Of a DNA stretch of 41,249 nt, positions 23,136-33,519 are shown piece after piece. The notes below the pieces were generated by a model. That model did no database searches and was not told where the DNA came from. It saw only the letters and a program-made list of their open reading frames with translations. The stretch covers positions 25,947,220-25,988,468 of the forward strand of contig NC_068991.1 of assembly GCF_001194135.2 (NCBI RefSeq), written 5' to 3'. The translations under genes and the position numbers were made by a program. The DNA comes from Octopus bimaculoides (lineage: Eukaryota). The first letter of the stretch is position 1, and each line of letters opens with the position of its first letter.

Positions 23136-24031
23136 ATGTATATATTATAATAACAATAACTCTAGTATGGATTTATAAATATTTAATACATCGCTACGCG
23201 CGTTTTCATAAACCGCATGACTAACATCAGCTTAAGATGAGTATAGGACAGTTCGTAGTATCCGTGGGCATCCTGTTGATCATCATCATGGACTCATTTC
23301 ATCAGATGATACCGCATTAGTAGATGAATCACGAAGGCATGTTTATCCCTTCTTGCCAGTGAGAAAGACAATATATCTATGTGAGCATTTCTGTGTTTAC
23401 TTGGTAGTGTGAGATAGGTGATGGGAGTAGAAGAATGGATGGTAGAAATATATATAATATCTCATTACGAATATAACTTTAAAATTGTCCCGTTAGAAAT
23501 AATAGCTTAAAAATGGTCCCGTTGGGAATATAACTTGAAAATAACCATCCAATATAAATCAGGTTGAAATTCAAATTTAAGACTCAAATTAAAAAAATTG
23601 GGAATAGGAAGGTTGCAGTTGACTATTATGAAGAATAACTTATGAATTAATGACTGTGGGTATCTCTTACTGACGCAAATATAAATCACAGTGAATGGCG
23701 GATGGGAAAGGTGGCGTGTTAGAGGAAAATAGGTGAATGGAATAAAAATATAGAGGATTATATAGAGAAATCAAGCATATTTTTTTTTAATTAGCACTGA
23801 AATAGTCAAAATATATAAACATAACGACGTACGTATTCATACTTAATATGATCCAGCAAATTCAAACATTAATATCTTGATCGTCTTCAGAGAAGAAAAA
23901 ATCTCCTTTTTATGCAAAGTGTGTTCGAAACATACTAGATGAACGGCATACTCTGACCATCCCCATTTTCCGCGCAGGTGATGAATTATTATTTGAAGCA
24001 TATAATTAAACTTAAAATCGTTTTCGAATTA

Positions 24032-24140
24032 GGGTACAACTGGTACTTATTTTATCAGCCAAATCGACCTTAGAAGAATTTGAACTCATAAAAAAAAAAT
24101 CCGGAGGAATCCCACCACGCATTTCGTCGGGCGTGCTAAG
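24032..24140 (-). mobile_element. Decayed, internally deleted tRNA-SINE copy (family of 24191)
   Basis: Minus strand reads ttagcacgcccgacgaaatgc...tgagttcaaattc..aggtcgattt..gataaaataagtaccagttg. Confidence 0.75.
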
Positions 24141-24190
24141 GATTAATTAAAACTAATAATTCTTTCTATTATAGGCACACGTTTATTAAG

Positions 24191-24375
24191 TCGGCGAGCT
24201 GGCAGGATCGTTAGCACGCCGGACGAAATGCTTAGCGGTATTTCGCCCGTCGCTACATTCTGAGTTCAAATTCCCCTGAAGTCGAATTTGCCTTTTATCC
24301 TTTCGGGGTCGATAAATTAAGTATCAGTCAAGTACTGGGATCGATGTGATCGATTGTCCCCCTCCAGACAAAAGC
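24191..24375 (+). mobile_element. tRNA-derived SINE with a Meta/Sauria-like central block
   Basis: A-box-like tggcaggatcgttagc, B-box gagttcaaattcc, central gccttttatcctttcggggtcgataaattaagtatcag. The domain name is from recall. Confidence 0.88.
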
Positions 24376-24529
24376 CCTTTCTACTGTAGGCATAAGGCCT
24401 GAAATTTGGGAGATGGGATTAAGTCGATTACATCGACCCCAGTGCGTAACTGTTACTGTTAATCGACCGCGAAAAGATAGAAGGCAAAGTTGACCTCGGT
24501 AGAATTTGAACTCAGAACATAGCAACAGA
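24376..24529 (-). mobile_element. Second copy of the same SINE, inverted (tail-to-tail), cut by a gap
   Basis: Reverse complement reads tgttctgagttcaaattctaccgaggtcaactttgccttctatcttttcgcggtcgatt...ctggggtcgatgtaatcgacttaatccc...aaatttcaggccttatgcctacagtagaaag. Confidence 0.88.
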
Positions 24530-25507
24530 NNNNNNNNNNCATATGTTATACATTTTCTATGTATATATGTATGTATGCATATGTGTGTGTGTGTGTGTAT
24601 AAATAAGTATATGTATGTATGTATGTATGCATGTGTGTATGTATATTGTACATCTAATAGTGAAAGTAAGAGGTAAATTTTTCAAGAATTTTGTTGGATA
24701 TTTAAAACGGATTAAAAGTGAAATGGGGTTTTACATTTGTATGATATCGAGCTGTGAGAAATGAGGAAATAAATGTATTATAGAAGAGTTTTATGTCAAG
24801 AGGGGTGACAAAGACAAGTAACGGAAAAGGCAAGGTGGAGAAGATAATAACTAGTTGAAAAATTACTGGGCTGATGAATAAAACTTTACGTGAATGAGAG
24901 GTATTACAGTTGAAATAAAAAGAACTAAAAATCGGGCATATAATGTAAAAGGGGAAATGAATAAATGAAGTAGAAGAAAGGTAGAAAATTCTGGTAAAAA
25001 AGAAAAAAAATCACACGAGAGTTGATATTTGATGACTAAAACATTACTTAAAGAAGTAATGCAGTTGGAATAGAACTGAAACCTAGCATCAATAGCTGCA
25101 AAGGAGGTGAGAAATGACACGGTGAAAAGAGCGAGGATATTGAAATTATTGCAAGTTCGATAGGACTAAAGGAAATGCGCGTAAGAAATATTCGTATTAA
25201 ACTTTTGTGGAAGGAAAATAAATACTTTATTACATTATAAGACATACGTAATCCTGTGTGCAAACAAAAACAGAGTCACACACACATATGTATGCATGTG
25301 TGTATGTATGCATACATAAATGCATATATGTATTTATACATCCATATATCCACGGATATATAGATCTCTCTCTTTCTCTCTCATATATANNNNNNNNNNN
25401 NNNNNNNNNNNNNNNNNNNNNNNNNNNNNNNNNNNNNNNNNNNNNNNNNNNNNNNNNNNNNNNNNNNNNNNNNNNNNNNNNNNNNNNNNNNNNNNNNNNN
25501 NNNNNNN

Positions 25508-26113
25508 ATTTTTGAAGATTAAGATAAACAAAATTCTTTTTTAATCTAAAACATATTCTCTTTCATGTTCTAAAATACTTTTCCATCTATCTGGTAGACT
25601 TCCAAGGCCCCTCTCCAAAATCCACCTGTCCTTGATGAGAAGTAATCCTCCAGTACTGTTCTGGCCTCGTCTAGAGAATTCATATTTTTTTCGGTCAATT
25701 GAATTGGAAGACTGCGGAATAAATGATAATCAGGTGGGGTAATGTCCGGCGAATATGGTGGGTGGGACATTGTTTCCCATTCAAACTGCTCTAGCCTTTG
25801 GAATGTCATCCTCGCTGTATGTGGCCGTGCATTAACCCGATTAAAGAATACCTTTCGTCTTGAACCCAAAGATGATCCTTTACCGATGGCACGCATGTGT
25901 CGATGAATGCTTGAATGATCAAATCCAAGCTCCTCTGTTAGCACGATGGGATTTTGTTGCACTAGTGTTTGCAGGACGTCCACGACCAGCTCTACAGATC
26001 CTCCAGGAGAAGGCTCATCTTTTAAACTGTAGTTTTCGGCTCGGAAGTTCTGGAACCACCGTTGACACTGGCTTACACTTATTTCCCGATCCCCAAATAC
26101 CGCATTAATATTC
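25508..26113 (-). mobile_element. Truncated, internally deleted mariner (same family as 13472-15033)
   Basis: ORF 25570-26115 reads SQCQRWFQNF..DEPSPGGS..IGK|SSLGSRRKVFF..NARPH..HPPYSPDITPPDYHLF. About 0.36 kb covering WVPH and the first catalytic D is missing relative to the 14 kb copy. Confidence 0.92.
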
Positions 26114-26124
26114 ACCTCACAAGA

Positions 26125-27403
26125 TCGTCATGGCTAGAGCCGTCCTGCCAGGCCTATGTCTTAATTTAAAAAATGAATAGTGTTTCGTAAGCGTCCCTTG
26201 AGATTTACGGAGCTATGTCCATAGGTAGAAGTAATGGTCTCCGTTACAACATCACACTTGTAAACCACATTTACTGCTAACATCGACCAGAAAGCGGACA
26301 AGATGTTTTGTCTAAACGATTGCACCCGATATTCTCCAATAATTTAAATTTATTTTTATAGGTACGTGATCCAACATTATTGCGCAATTGTTCAAACTCG
26401 CGAGAGTTACCAGTGTTCGCATGGTAGTTGCTGGGATTTATATGACTATGATCTTTATTATCAGGATTATAATTAGCTACCGAGTCCTGGGTCGAAGACT
26501 TTTGGTACTGGGCGTTGATATAAGAAATTTGACTTTCAGATAGTGACACTAGAGGATCGAAGGTGGATGGTATAGAGGAAAGATTTCCAGTACAAATGTT
26601 AGAGTTCTGTGCGTTTAGCATATCGGTAACATGAATGGGAATAGGTGACCTATCAATATGGCTAGTGGAGAGAGTGTTAGGGTTGTAGGGAGCGGTATGG
26701 TGTGCGCTTAAGCTAGTGGAATCCATAGTGCTGCGACTATTAGTAGTTGTGGTAGAGTTGCTACAATCACTATCGTTATTAGTGACAGGCTGGCTGATGT
26801 CAATATTATAATGTCTACTAACTGGAATGACTTGCTCGCTGTTGATATTGCTGTATAGAGTATTAGTGTCGGCTGAGATAGTAGTGATAGGAGGAATATT
26901 AATATTATTATACTGTTGTTTTTCCTGGTGCGATTTTTTATTAGGATCGGTGCTGCTAGGAGTATTATTACTACTCCGTCCATGGATATGTGTTTCTTAT
27001 TCAGGCCAGCTATAATTCTACCTAGATTGGAGAGTGCTGAAGAGGAGACCCTAACGTTTTTTCGGGAGAATAAGCGGTAGAACTTGTGTAAAGGGATAAG
27101 CTGCGCTTTAGTATACTAAATAATGTTCTCCTTACATTAGTATCTATTATGTAATTGAAGGGAGGGTTATACCATGCTACGTCACGTTCCTTCTTGTTCT
27201 TATCTTTGTGTACGCTATGCTTCCTATCTCAATAATTAGATTGGGGTTTGAGTGAAGAACTTTCACTTTTATTTTTATCTTCATTTTTATTTGCGTTGTT
27301 GTCGATACGGTCGCTGTCCCTATTAGTAGCATAGTTATTAATTACCCTGTTATCCTTGTCCATGATGCATATTCTCCGGACAGCATTGACAACCCTGTCA
27401 AGC
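26125..27403 (-). mobile_element. Penelope-like element fragment (post-RT region, long linker, Cys motif and start of the GIY-YIG endonuclease)
   Basis: Manual translation: KERDVAWYNPPFNYIIDTNVRRTLFSIL..HKFYRLFSRKNVRVS..SNLGRIIAGLNKK (27190-26995), matching the PLE WFNPP..TNIG..IFNRN..HNKK pattern. Later comes GCNRLDKTSCPLSGRC(L)AVNVVYKCDV..TYG..NLKGRL, a CPL.G.C..VVY..Y(I)G GIY-YIG start. Confidence 0.85.

Positions 27404-27477
<74 letters not shown>
27404..27477 (+). repeat. (TTA)n tract of about 24 units; the (TAA)n tail/target of the adjacent R4 element
   Basis: Directly visible; it immediately follows the R4 3' UTR on the minus strand. Confidence 0.97.
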
Positions 27478-27480
<3 letters not shown>

Positions 27481-27814
27481 TAGTTTTATTTTTATAACGT
27501 GCATTCACTTCACTACCGAGCGCAGCTCTGTGCTCTTATGGTGCTCTTATGGTTACTGTATTGAAAGTGTTTTGCGTAGGATGTGTGCAGTGCCCAGTAG
27601 TGCAATTTTCTGTATGTTATATATATATGTTCTTTATTTACATTATTTTTCTTCCATATTTTATATGTATGTGTTGTTGCGTTTTCGTTTTTTGGGTAGA
27701 GCACTGCTGTGAAATAAGCGTGTAGGATCGAAATGTATTCCTCACGTGTCCATTTATGCCGTTTTGGTTTTGTTTGCGGGACATGAGGAACAACGTCCGG
27801 CCCTTTATTTTGAT
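27478..27814 (-). mobile_element. Internally deleted R4/Dong-clade element (ORF start joined to ORF end plus 3' UTR)
   Basis: KPKRHKWTREEYISILHAYFTAVLYP..TTHTYKIWKKNN (R4-type N-terminus) joins at an (AT)5 run (27619-27628) to YNIQKIALLGTAHILRKTLSIQ* (R4-type C-terminus). A 3' UTR follows, ending ataaaaataaaactactg(aat)n. The 5' end runs into a gap. Confidence 0.85.
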
Positions 27815-28723
27815 NNNNNNNNNNNNNNNNNNNNNNNNNNNNNNNNNNNNNNNNNNNNNNNNNNNNNNNNNNNNNNNNNNNNNNNNNNNNNNNNNNNNNN
27901 NNNNNNNNNNNNNNNNNNNNNNNNNNNNNNNNNNNNNNNNNNNNNNNNNNNNNNNNNNNNNNNNNNNNNNNNNNNNNNNNNNNNNNNNNNNNNNNNNNNN
28001 NNNNNNNNNNNNNNNNNNNNNNNNNNNNNNNNNNNNNNNNNNNNNNNNNNNNNNNNNNNNNNNNNNNNNNNNNNNNNNNNNNNNNNNNNNNNNNNNNNNN
28101 NNNNNNNNNNNNNNNNNNNNNNNNNNNNNNNNNNNNNNNNNNNNNNNNNNNNNNNNNNNNNNNNNNNNNNNNNNNNNNNNNNNNNNNNNNNNNNNNNNNN
28201 NNNNNNNNNNNNNNNNNNNNNNNNNNNNNNNNNNNNNNNNNNNNNNNNNNNNNNNNNNNNNNNNNNNNNNNNNNNNNNNNNNNNNNNNNNNNNNNNNNNN
28301 NNNNNNNNNNNNNNNNNNNNNNNNNNNNNNNNNNNNNNNNNNNNNNNNNNNNNNNNNNNNNNNNNNNNNNNNNNNNNNNNNNNNNNNNNNNNNNNNNNNN
28401 NNNNNNNNNNNNNNNNNNNNNNNNNNNNNNNNNNNNNNNNNNNNNNNNNNNNNNNNNNNNNNNNNNNNNNNNNNNNNNNNNNNNNNNNNNNNNNNNNNNN
28501 NNNNNNNNNNNNNNNNNNNNNNNNNNNNNNNNNNNNNNNNNNNNNNNNNNNNNNNNNNNNNNNNNNNNNNNNNNNNNNNNNNNNNNNNNNNNNNNNNNNN
28601 NNNNNNNNNNNNNNNNNNNNNNNNNNNNNNNNNNNNNNNNNNNNNNNNNNNNNNNNNNNNNNNNNNNNNATATATATATATATATATATACACACATAAA
28701 AATATACATACTTATATATATCT

Positions 28724-28922
28724 CTGTGGTAAGAAGTTTGTATCATAACTAAATGGTTGCGGGTTCTGTCCCACTGCGTGGAACCTGGGGCAAATGCCTT
28801 CTACTAGAGCTTCGGGCGGACCCAAGGTTTTTGCATGTATTTGATAGATGGAAATAGAAAACAAAGACCGCAGTATATATGTATGTGTGCGTGTGTGTGT
28901 ATATATATGTGTGAGAGAGAGA

Positions 28923-28953
<31 letters not shown>

Positions 28954-29154
28954 AGCTTCCGTGTTTTTGCATGAGTGCTTACATCACCACTTCTTGACAA
29001 ATTGGTGTTGGTGTGTTTATGTCCATGTAACTTAGTTTCAGACTTAACTTAGTTACAGAAATACTGAGGTCGATTCATTCCACTAAAATTCTTCAAGGCT
29101 ATGGCCCAATGTAGATGCAGTCTAATGAGTGAGACAGGTAAAAGAAAAGAAAAT
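28724..29154 (+). mobile_element. CORE-type tRNA SINE with an internal (TG)n/(AG)n tract
   Basis: tgtggtaag A-box remnant, gggttctgtccc B-box, CORE-like ccactgcgtggaacctggggcaaatgccttct, and tail tctaatgagtgagacaggtaaaaga. Confidence 0.85.
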
Positions 29155-30265
29155 GATATACGTAGCTTACTGTTCCATTATCTGTTGGACAAACAAGTAC
29201 GCCATTTAGTGAAAAATAAATGTCATTTGATACACACAGTAGTTATGAACAAGTTACTATTAGTTTCATACTGTGAAAACTCTGTAAAACAGTGCATTTT
29301 TATATCATGCCTTCTGTCTCAAATACACAACATAGCTGGTCTTATTTAAAGGAAAAGTAGAGAGGTTGAATGATGATAAAAACAGAGAGAAAAAAACCCA
29401 GAAAGCGGGATAATAAAAAGAAGAAGAAAAGAAACAAGAAAAACATGAGTTCCACACCTTTCCCCTTGGAATTCGACACGCAATAATAGATTTCTAAAGC
29501 AGTATATCTAGGCCGAAAAAGAAAAAGATATATATAAATTAAATATAGCCGCAATCATGTGTCTTCATTTATTTCGTCTTCTTTCCATAGATTTCAACGA
29601 TATTTTCTGATCTTATGATACACGTCTTCGGAAATTTGTTATGTATGCATGCACTGACTTGCATTCTGTATATCAACAACAACAACAAAAAAAGAAGAAA
29701 CAAAGGGTTCAGTTTTATCTAATTTTGAATACGTCTTTCATTATTCAGGTTTAGAATAACTACTTAATTCTCACCTGCTTTTTTATCTTTGAATTTTTGG
29801 TTTCCTTGTATGTAATATAGTATATTCACTACCACTTATTTTTCGTCTTCTTTTCAGCTTATCTCCATCTAGTACATATTTTACTTGTTATAATCTTTTG
29901 TATTATTTGCTGTAATTCTCACTATTAAAATATGTCATTTATAAGGTTTCTAAAAGTTCGATATTTAATTTCGATTTAAATTTAGAATCTCACTCAAAAA
30001 TGTAATCTTTTACATGTGTATAACACACTAGAATTTTCATATCAGAACTTCCGTACTTCCATTTGTTATCTCCTCATAACTTTATTGCGATTCTTCACTT
30101 TTTTAAAACAATGACTTGATATTTTACTATGAAAAGATAAATAAAGGCGCTAGGTTTTAACTCAATTGTACAGGTTGAAATCATGGTGAATCTACTCCGC
30201 ATCATTGGTATGTTAATTCGTGTGTCGTAAAAAATTAACTTCCAGCAATGAGGTAATTCACTTAC

Positions 30266-30373
30266 CAAGGGAAGTATAGTCATTATTCAGGAAGATATAG
30301 GCATCAGGAGGAAGCCAGCATTTCGGGACTAAATCACGTTCCGTGAAAAACAAACAAATATCTTGTAACGAAA
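30266..30373 (-). CDS. Candidate 108-nt symmetric (phase 1-1) exon, product unknown
   Basis: Acceptor ttttaaccag|, donor CTTG|gtaagt, open frame SLQDICLFFTERDLVPKCWLPPDAYIFLNNDYTSL. Confidence 0.3.
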
Positions 30374-31433
30374 CTGGTTAAAATTCTCAACAATAACTCT
30401 TTAATGTTATGCAAAAAAATCTGTATTTATTCGTGTTTTATTTTCTTTTTATTAAACAAAAATAGGATACATACCTTGAAATTATGTAAGAAATATAAGA
30501 GGAACAACCAGTGGTTAAAGATCTGTGACTATTTTTGTTATACAGTGAACTTTTTAATAATGCCAAAGCATTTAATGTAATCGTAATTTGAAAATAGATA
30601 AAGGCTTTTCGCGTGTTTTATATATTTTTATCTTTCTTATATAACGGCATTTGCTGGGGTTTTAAAACTGTATAAATCTTTTTATATGTATGAGTGATCG
30701 CGTGTATGTGCTTATATACATACATCTGAGTTTACTAATGCATAATCCATGCTATGCTCCGATTGTATTCATTCAAGGATATTATTTGCATTCATATTAA
30801 GAATCCTATCTATCTATTGTTGATCTTTCTCTTTCTCTATATATCTTAGACTTTCATCTCTTTTCCTCTCTCATTCTGTCTCTTCGTCTCTCTTCCATAC
30901 TGATTCCATTCTATCAATTTCCTTTTCAAAAATACTGGAGCATGTATTTCCTTGCAAAACTGAACCATTCATAAATATTTACCCCCCCCCCCCCAGTCGG
31001 GAATATATCATTAAAAATTTCACGGTGTCACAGTTCAGTAATCTTATGAGTTTTACTCTTGACAGAATATCGCGGCAAATATTAATATTTTAGCATATAT
31101 TATTAATCTTTACAGTTGATGCGTTCACAGTGAGTTGTAAGGGAAGTGAGAAGTATTTATTTAATTCAATCATATAAGGCGCGTGTGTACATATCTGTGA
31201 TTTTGCCTATGTAGGTGTGCCTTCTAGTATGTTTGTGTGCACAAATGGAGGTGCAGGAGTGAGTGTGCCTGCGTGAGTAAATGCGTATCTGCATACATGT
31301 ACACGTAACTGTGTCTGTATGTATAAGTCTGTTTATGTGTGAGCTTTTTATGTGTGTATATTCATATATAATCATCATTTCCTCAGTATATGTGTTAATA
31401 TACAAATACATACATTCATACATAAAAAAACAA

Positions 31434-31537
31434 CAAATAAATAACAAGGATATCAATGTATTAATGCAATACGGCCGTTTCAGGCGGCTGAAACGGCCGT
31501 ATTGCATTGATACATTGACATTCTTGTTACTTATTTG
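31434..31537. repeat. 104-nt hairpin-forming inverted repeat (50-bp arms, 4-nt loop)
   Basis: A perfect 21-bp stem aatgcaatacggccgtttcag / ctgaaacggccgtattgcatt around loop GCGG. It extends with only transition mismatches. Confidence 0.97.
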
Positions 31538-31589
31538 CTTTTTATTCACCTTACTTCGAACTGTGCGCATAATATCGGACTGACTTAGT

Positions 31590-31963
31590 GCTGTTGTTTA
31601 GCAAGTGCTTTCTGAGAGAGACTTTACAGCATTCAAAGGCTAGCTGCACTGATTTCAAGCCTGTACCTCCTTTGTCACCTCTGAGGTAGAACATGTTGAT
31701 ATCATTACTTTTGTGGCGATTTCCAGTTGAAGTTTATATCTTGCGGATTTTAATGTCTATGGAGTGGATTTCTTCTTCATACCAGTCAAGTATTCCAAAT
31801 GTTGGAATCAGCACTGGTACAGCGAATGCATTGTGGGATATTGTTTTGTTGTAAGAGGAGAGTCCTAACTACAATATTCTTCTTAGTCTGGTGTAATATT
31901 TTTGGCTCATTCTATCTTTATTCATAGTACCTTCGTATGATATATTTTCATGAATGCCTAGGT
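31590..31963 (-). mobile_element. R4/Dong-clade RT thumb-region fragment
   Basis: Manual translation: LGIHENISYEGTMNKDRMSQKYYTRLRRIL*..YNKTISHNAFAVPVLIPTFGILDWYEEEIHSIDIKIRKI*..DINMFYLRGDKGGTGLKS. Confidence 0.88.
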
Positions 31964-31984
31964 GATAGTGCATGCAAACATGCA

Positions 31985-32052
31985 TGCATATATGTATGTA
32001 TGTTTGTATGTATGTATGTATGTATGTTTGTATCATATATCTCTCTATCTAT
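31985..32052 (+). repeat. (TATG)n-type microsatellite
   Basis: Read directly from the sequence. Confidence 0.9.
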
Positions 32053-32789
32053 CTGTCTATGTATCAATATTCTTTTATTCTTTTACTTGTCGTTTATCAA
32101 ACCTCATAAGTACCAAAGCACGAAACTCTCGGCCCTCGAGTCACATTGTTGTTTCTTTTAGATATAAATATTTTGAGTTCTATTTTCCCTGTTTTCATCA
32201 CCAAAGCTGTATAACTAATGGTCTTATATCACCCTACATGAACCATTGACAAAAATAAAAACTATACACCAAAATTCTCATATATAATGTTTCGATTCCT
32301 ACACGCAACCACAGGGCGTTAAGAGGTGGGGACGAACCGTGTGATGAGCCTTGGAATAGCCGTAATATTTGATATGTAAAGCAATAAAATGTAATGAGTT
32401 GAATTCAGTATTTGGTTGTTAAATGTTTTACATAAGCAAAACAATATGTATAATTTATATTGAAAATAGCCACAAAACCGGTAGAACTTCGGGGATGACA
32501 GTGTAGAGCAGAGGTGGCAAACTTGCTTTCTTTGAAGCTCTTAATGTCCTTTTTGAACAAGAATTGACTTTTCCATAACCAGTCTACGGATCTTATTTAC
32601 ATTCTGTAATTATTCTAATATTTCTAATTTTTGAAAAATGTAAGTATTAGATGAATTTACTGTTTTCTTTCTTTTCGATTATTGGTTAAGTATTCACACG
32701 TAAAGTTATTACGGTTTGGAGTATATTCAATAAAATGGCTTTTGAAAAGGTCTTATTAAATTACAATTATTTCATGCAGCCTTCAATTA

Positions 32790-32928
32790 TGTATGTATGT
32801 ATGTATGTATGTATGGATGGATGGATGGATGGATGTGTGAATGTGTGTATGTATGCATGAATATTATACGTACATGTGTAACTATTAAATGTTTGCTTGT
32901 GTATGTGTATATATATATATATATATAT
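32790..32928 (+). repeat. (TATG)n(GGAT)n/(TA)n simple repeats
   Basis: Read directly from the sequence. Confidence 0.9.
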
Positions 32929-33365
32929 CACCAGCGAAGGAAAGCGCTCATATTCTTTATATATATANNNNNNNNNNNNNNNNNNNNNNNNNNNNNNNNN
33001 NNNNNNNNNNNNNNNNNNNNNNNNNNNNNNNNNNNNNNNNNNNNNNNNNNNNNNNNNNNNNNNNNNNNNNNNNNNNNNNNNNNNNNNNNNNNNNNNNNNN
33101 NNNNNNNNNNNNNNNNNNNNNNNNNNNNNNNNNNNNNNNNNNNNNNNNNNNNNNNNNNNNNNNNNNNNNNNNNNNNNNNNNNNNNNNNNNNNNNNNNNNN
33201 NNNNNNNNNNNNNNNNNNNNNNNNNNNNNNNNNNNNNNNNNNNNNNNNNNNNNNNNNNNNNNNNNNNNNNNNNNNNNNNNNNNNNNNNNNNNNNNNNNNN
33301 NNNNNNNNNNNNNNNNNNNNNNNNNNNNNNNNNNNNNNNNNNNNNNNNNNNNNNNNNNNNNNNNN

Positions 33366-33400
<35 letters not shown>
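33366..33400 (+). repeat. (AG)n microsatellite
   Basis: Read directly, at a gap edge. Confidence 0.95.
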
Positions 33401-33402
<2 letters not shown>

Positions 33403-33519
33403 AATTTAAGTGTGTCTTCACTTTCCCCCTTGGACACATGCAGATAAAAAAAAAACCGGCTGAATTCTTTAATATTGCAGCTCTATGAAAGGTGGCGCCA
33501 ACCATCAATTACATAAAAA

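Noticed and set aside
24650-25260. Minus-strand hydrophobic translation resembling GPCR TM6-TM7 (CDFFSFLP, NPISLL)
   Set aside because: Strong T/C skew yields F/L/I/S-rich peptides by composition alone, and there are several stops.
26708-27015. Hydrophobic ORFs 26708-26983 (-) and 26827-27015 (+)
   Set aside because: Off-frame and antisense readings of the AAT/ACT-rich Penelope linker.
27356-27712. Poly-Leu ORF
   Set aside because: Translation of the (TTA)n tract.
32341-32364. GTGATGAGCCTTGGAATAGCCGTA as a decayed hammerhead or Penelope terminal repeat
   Set aside because: Both conserved core boxes are mutated and no closing stems are evident; too degenerate to call.
32509-32525. cagaggtggcaaac resembling a hAT TIR
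   Set aside because: No matching inverted end or 8-bp TSD was found.
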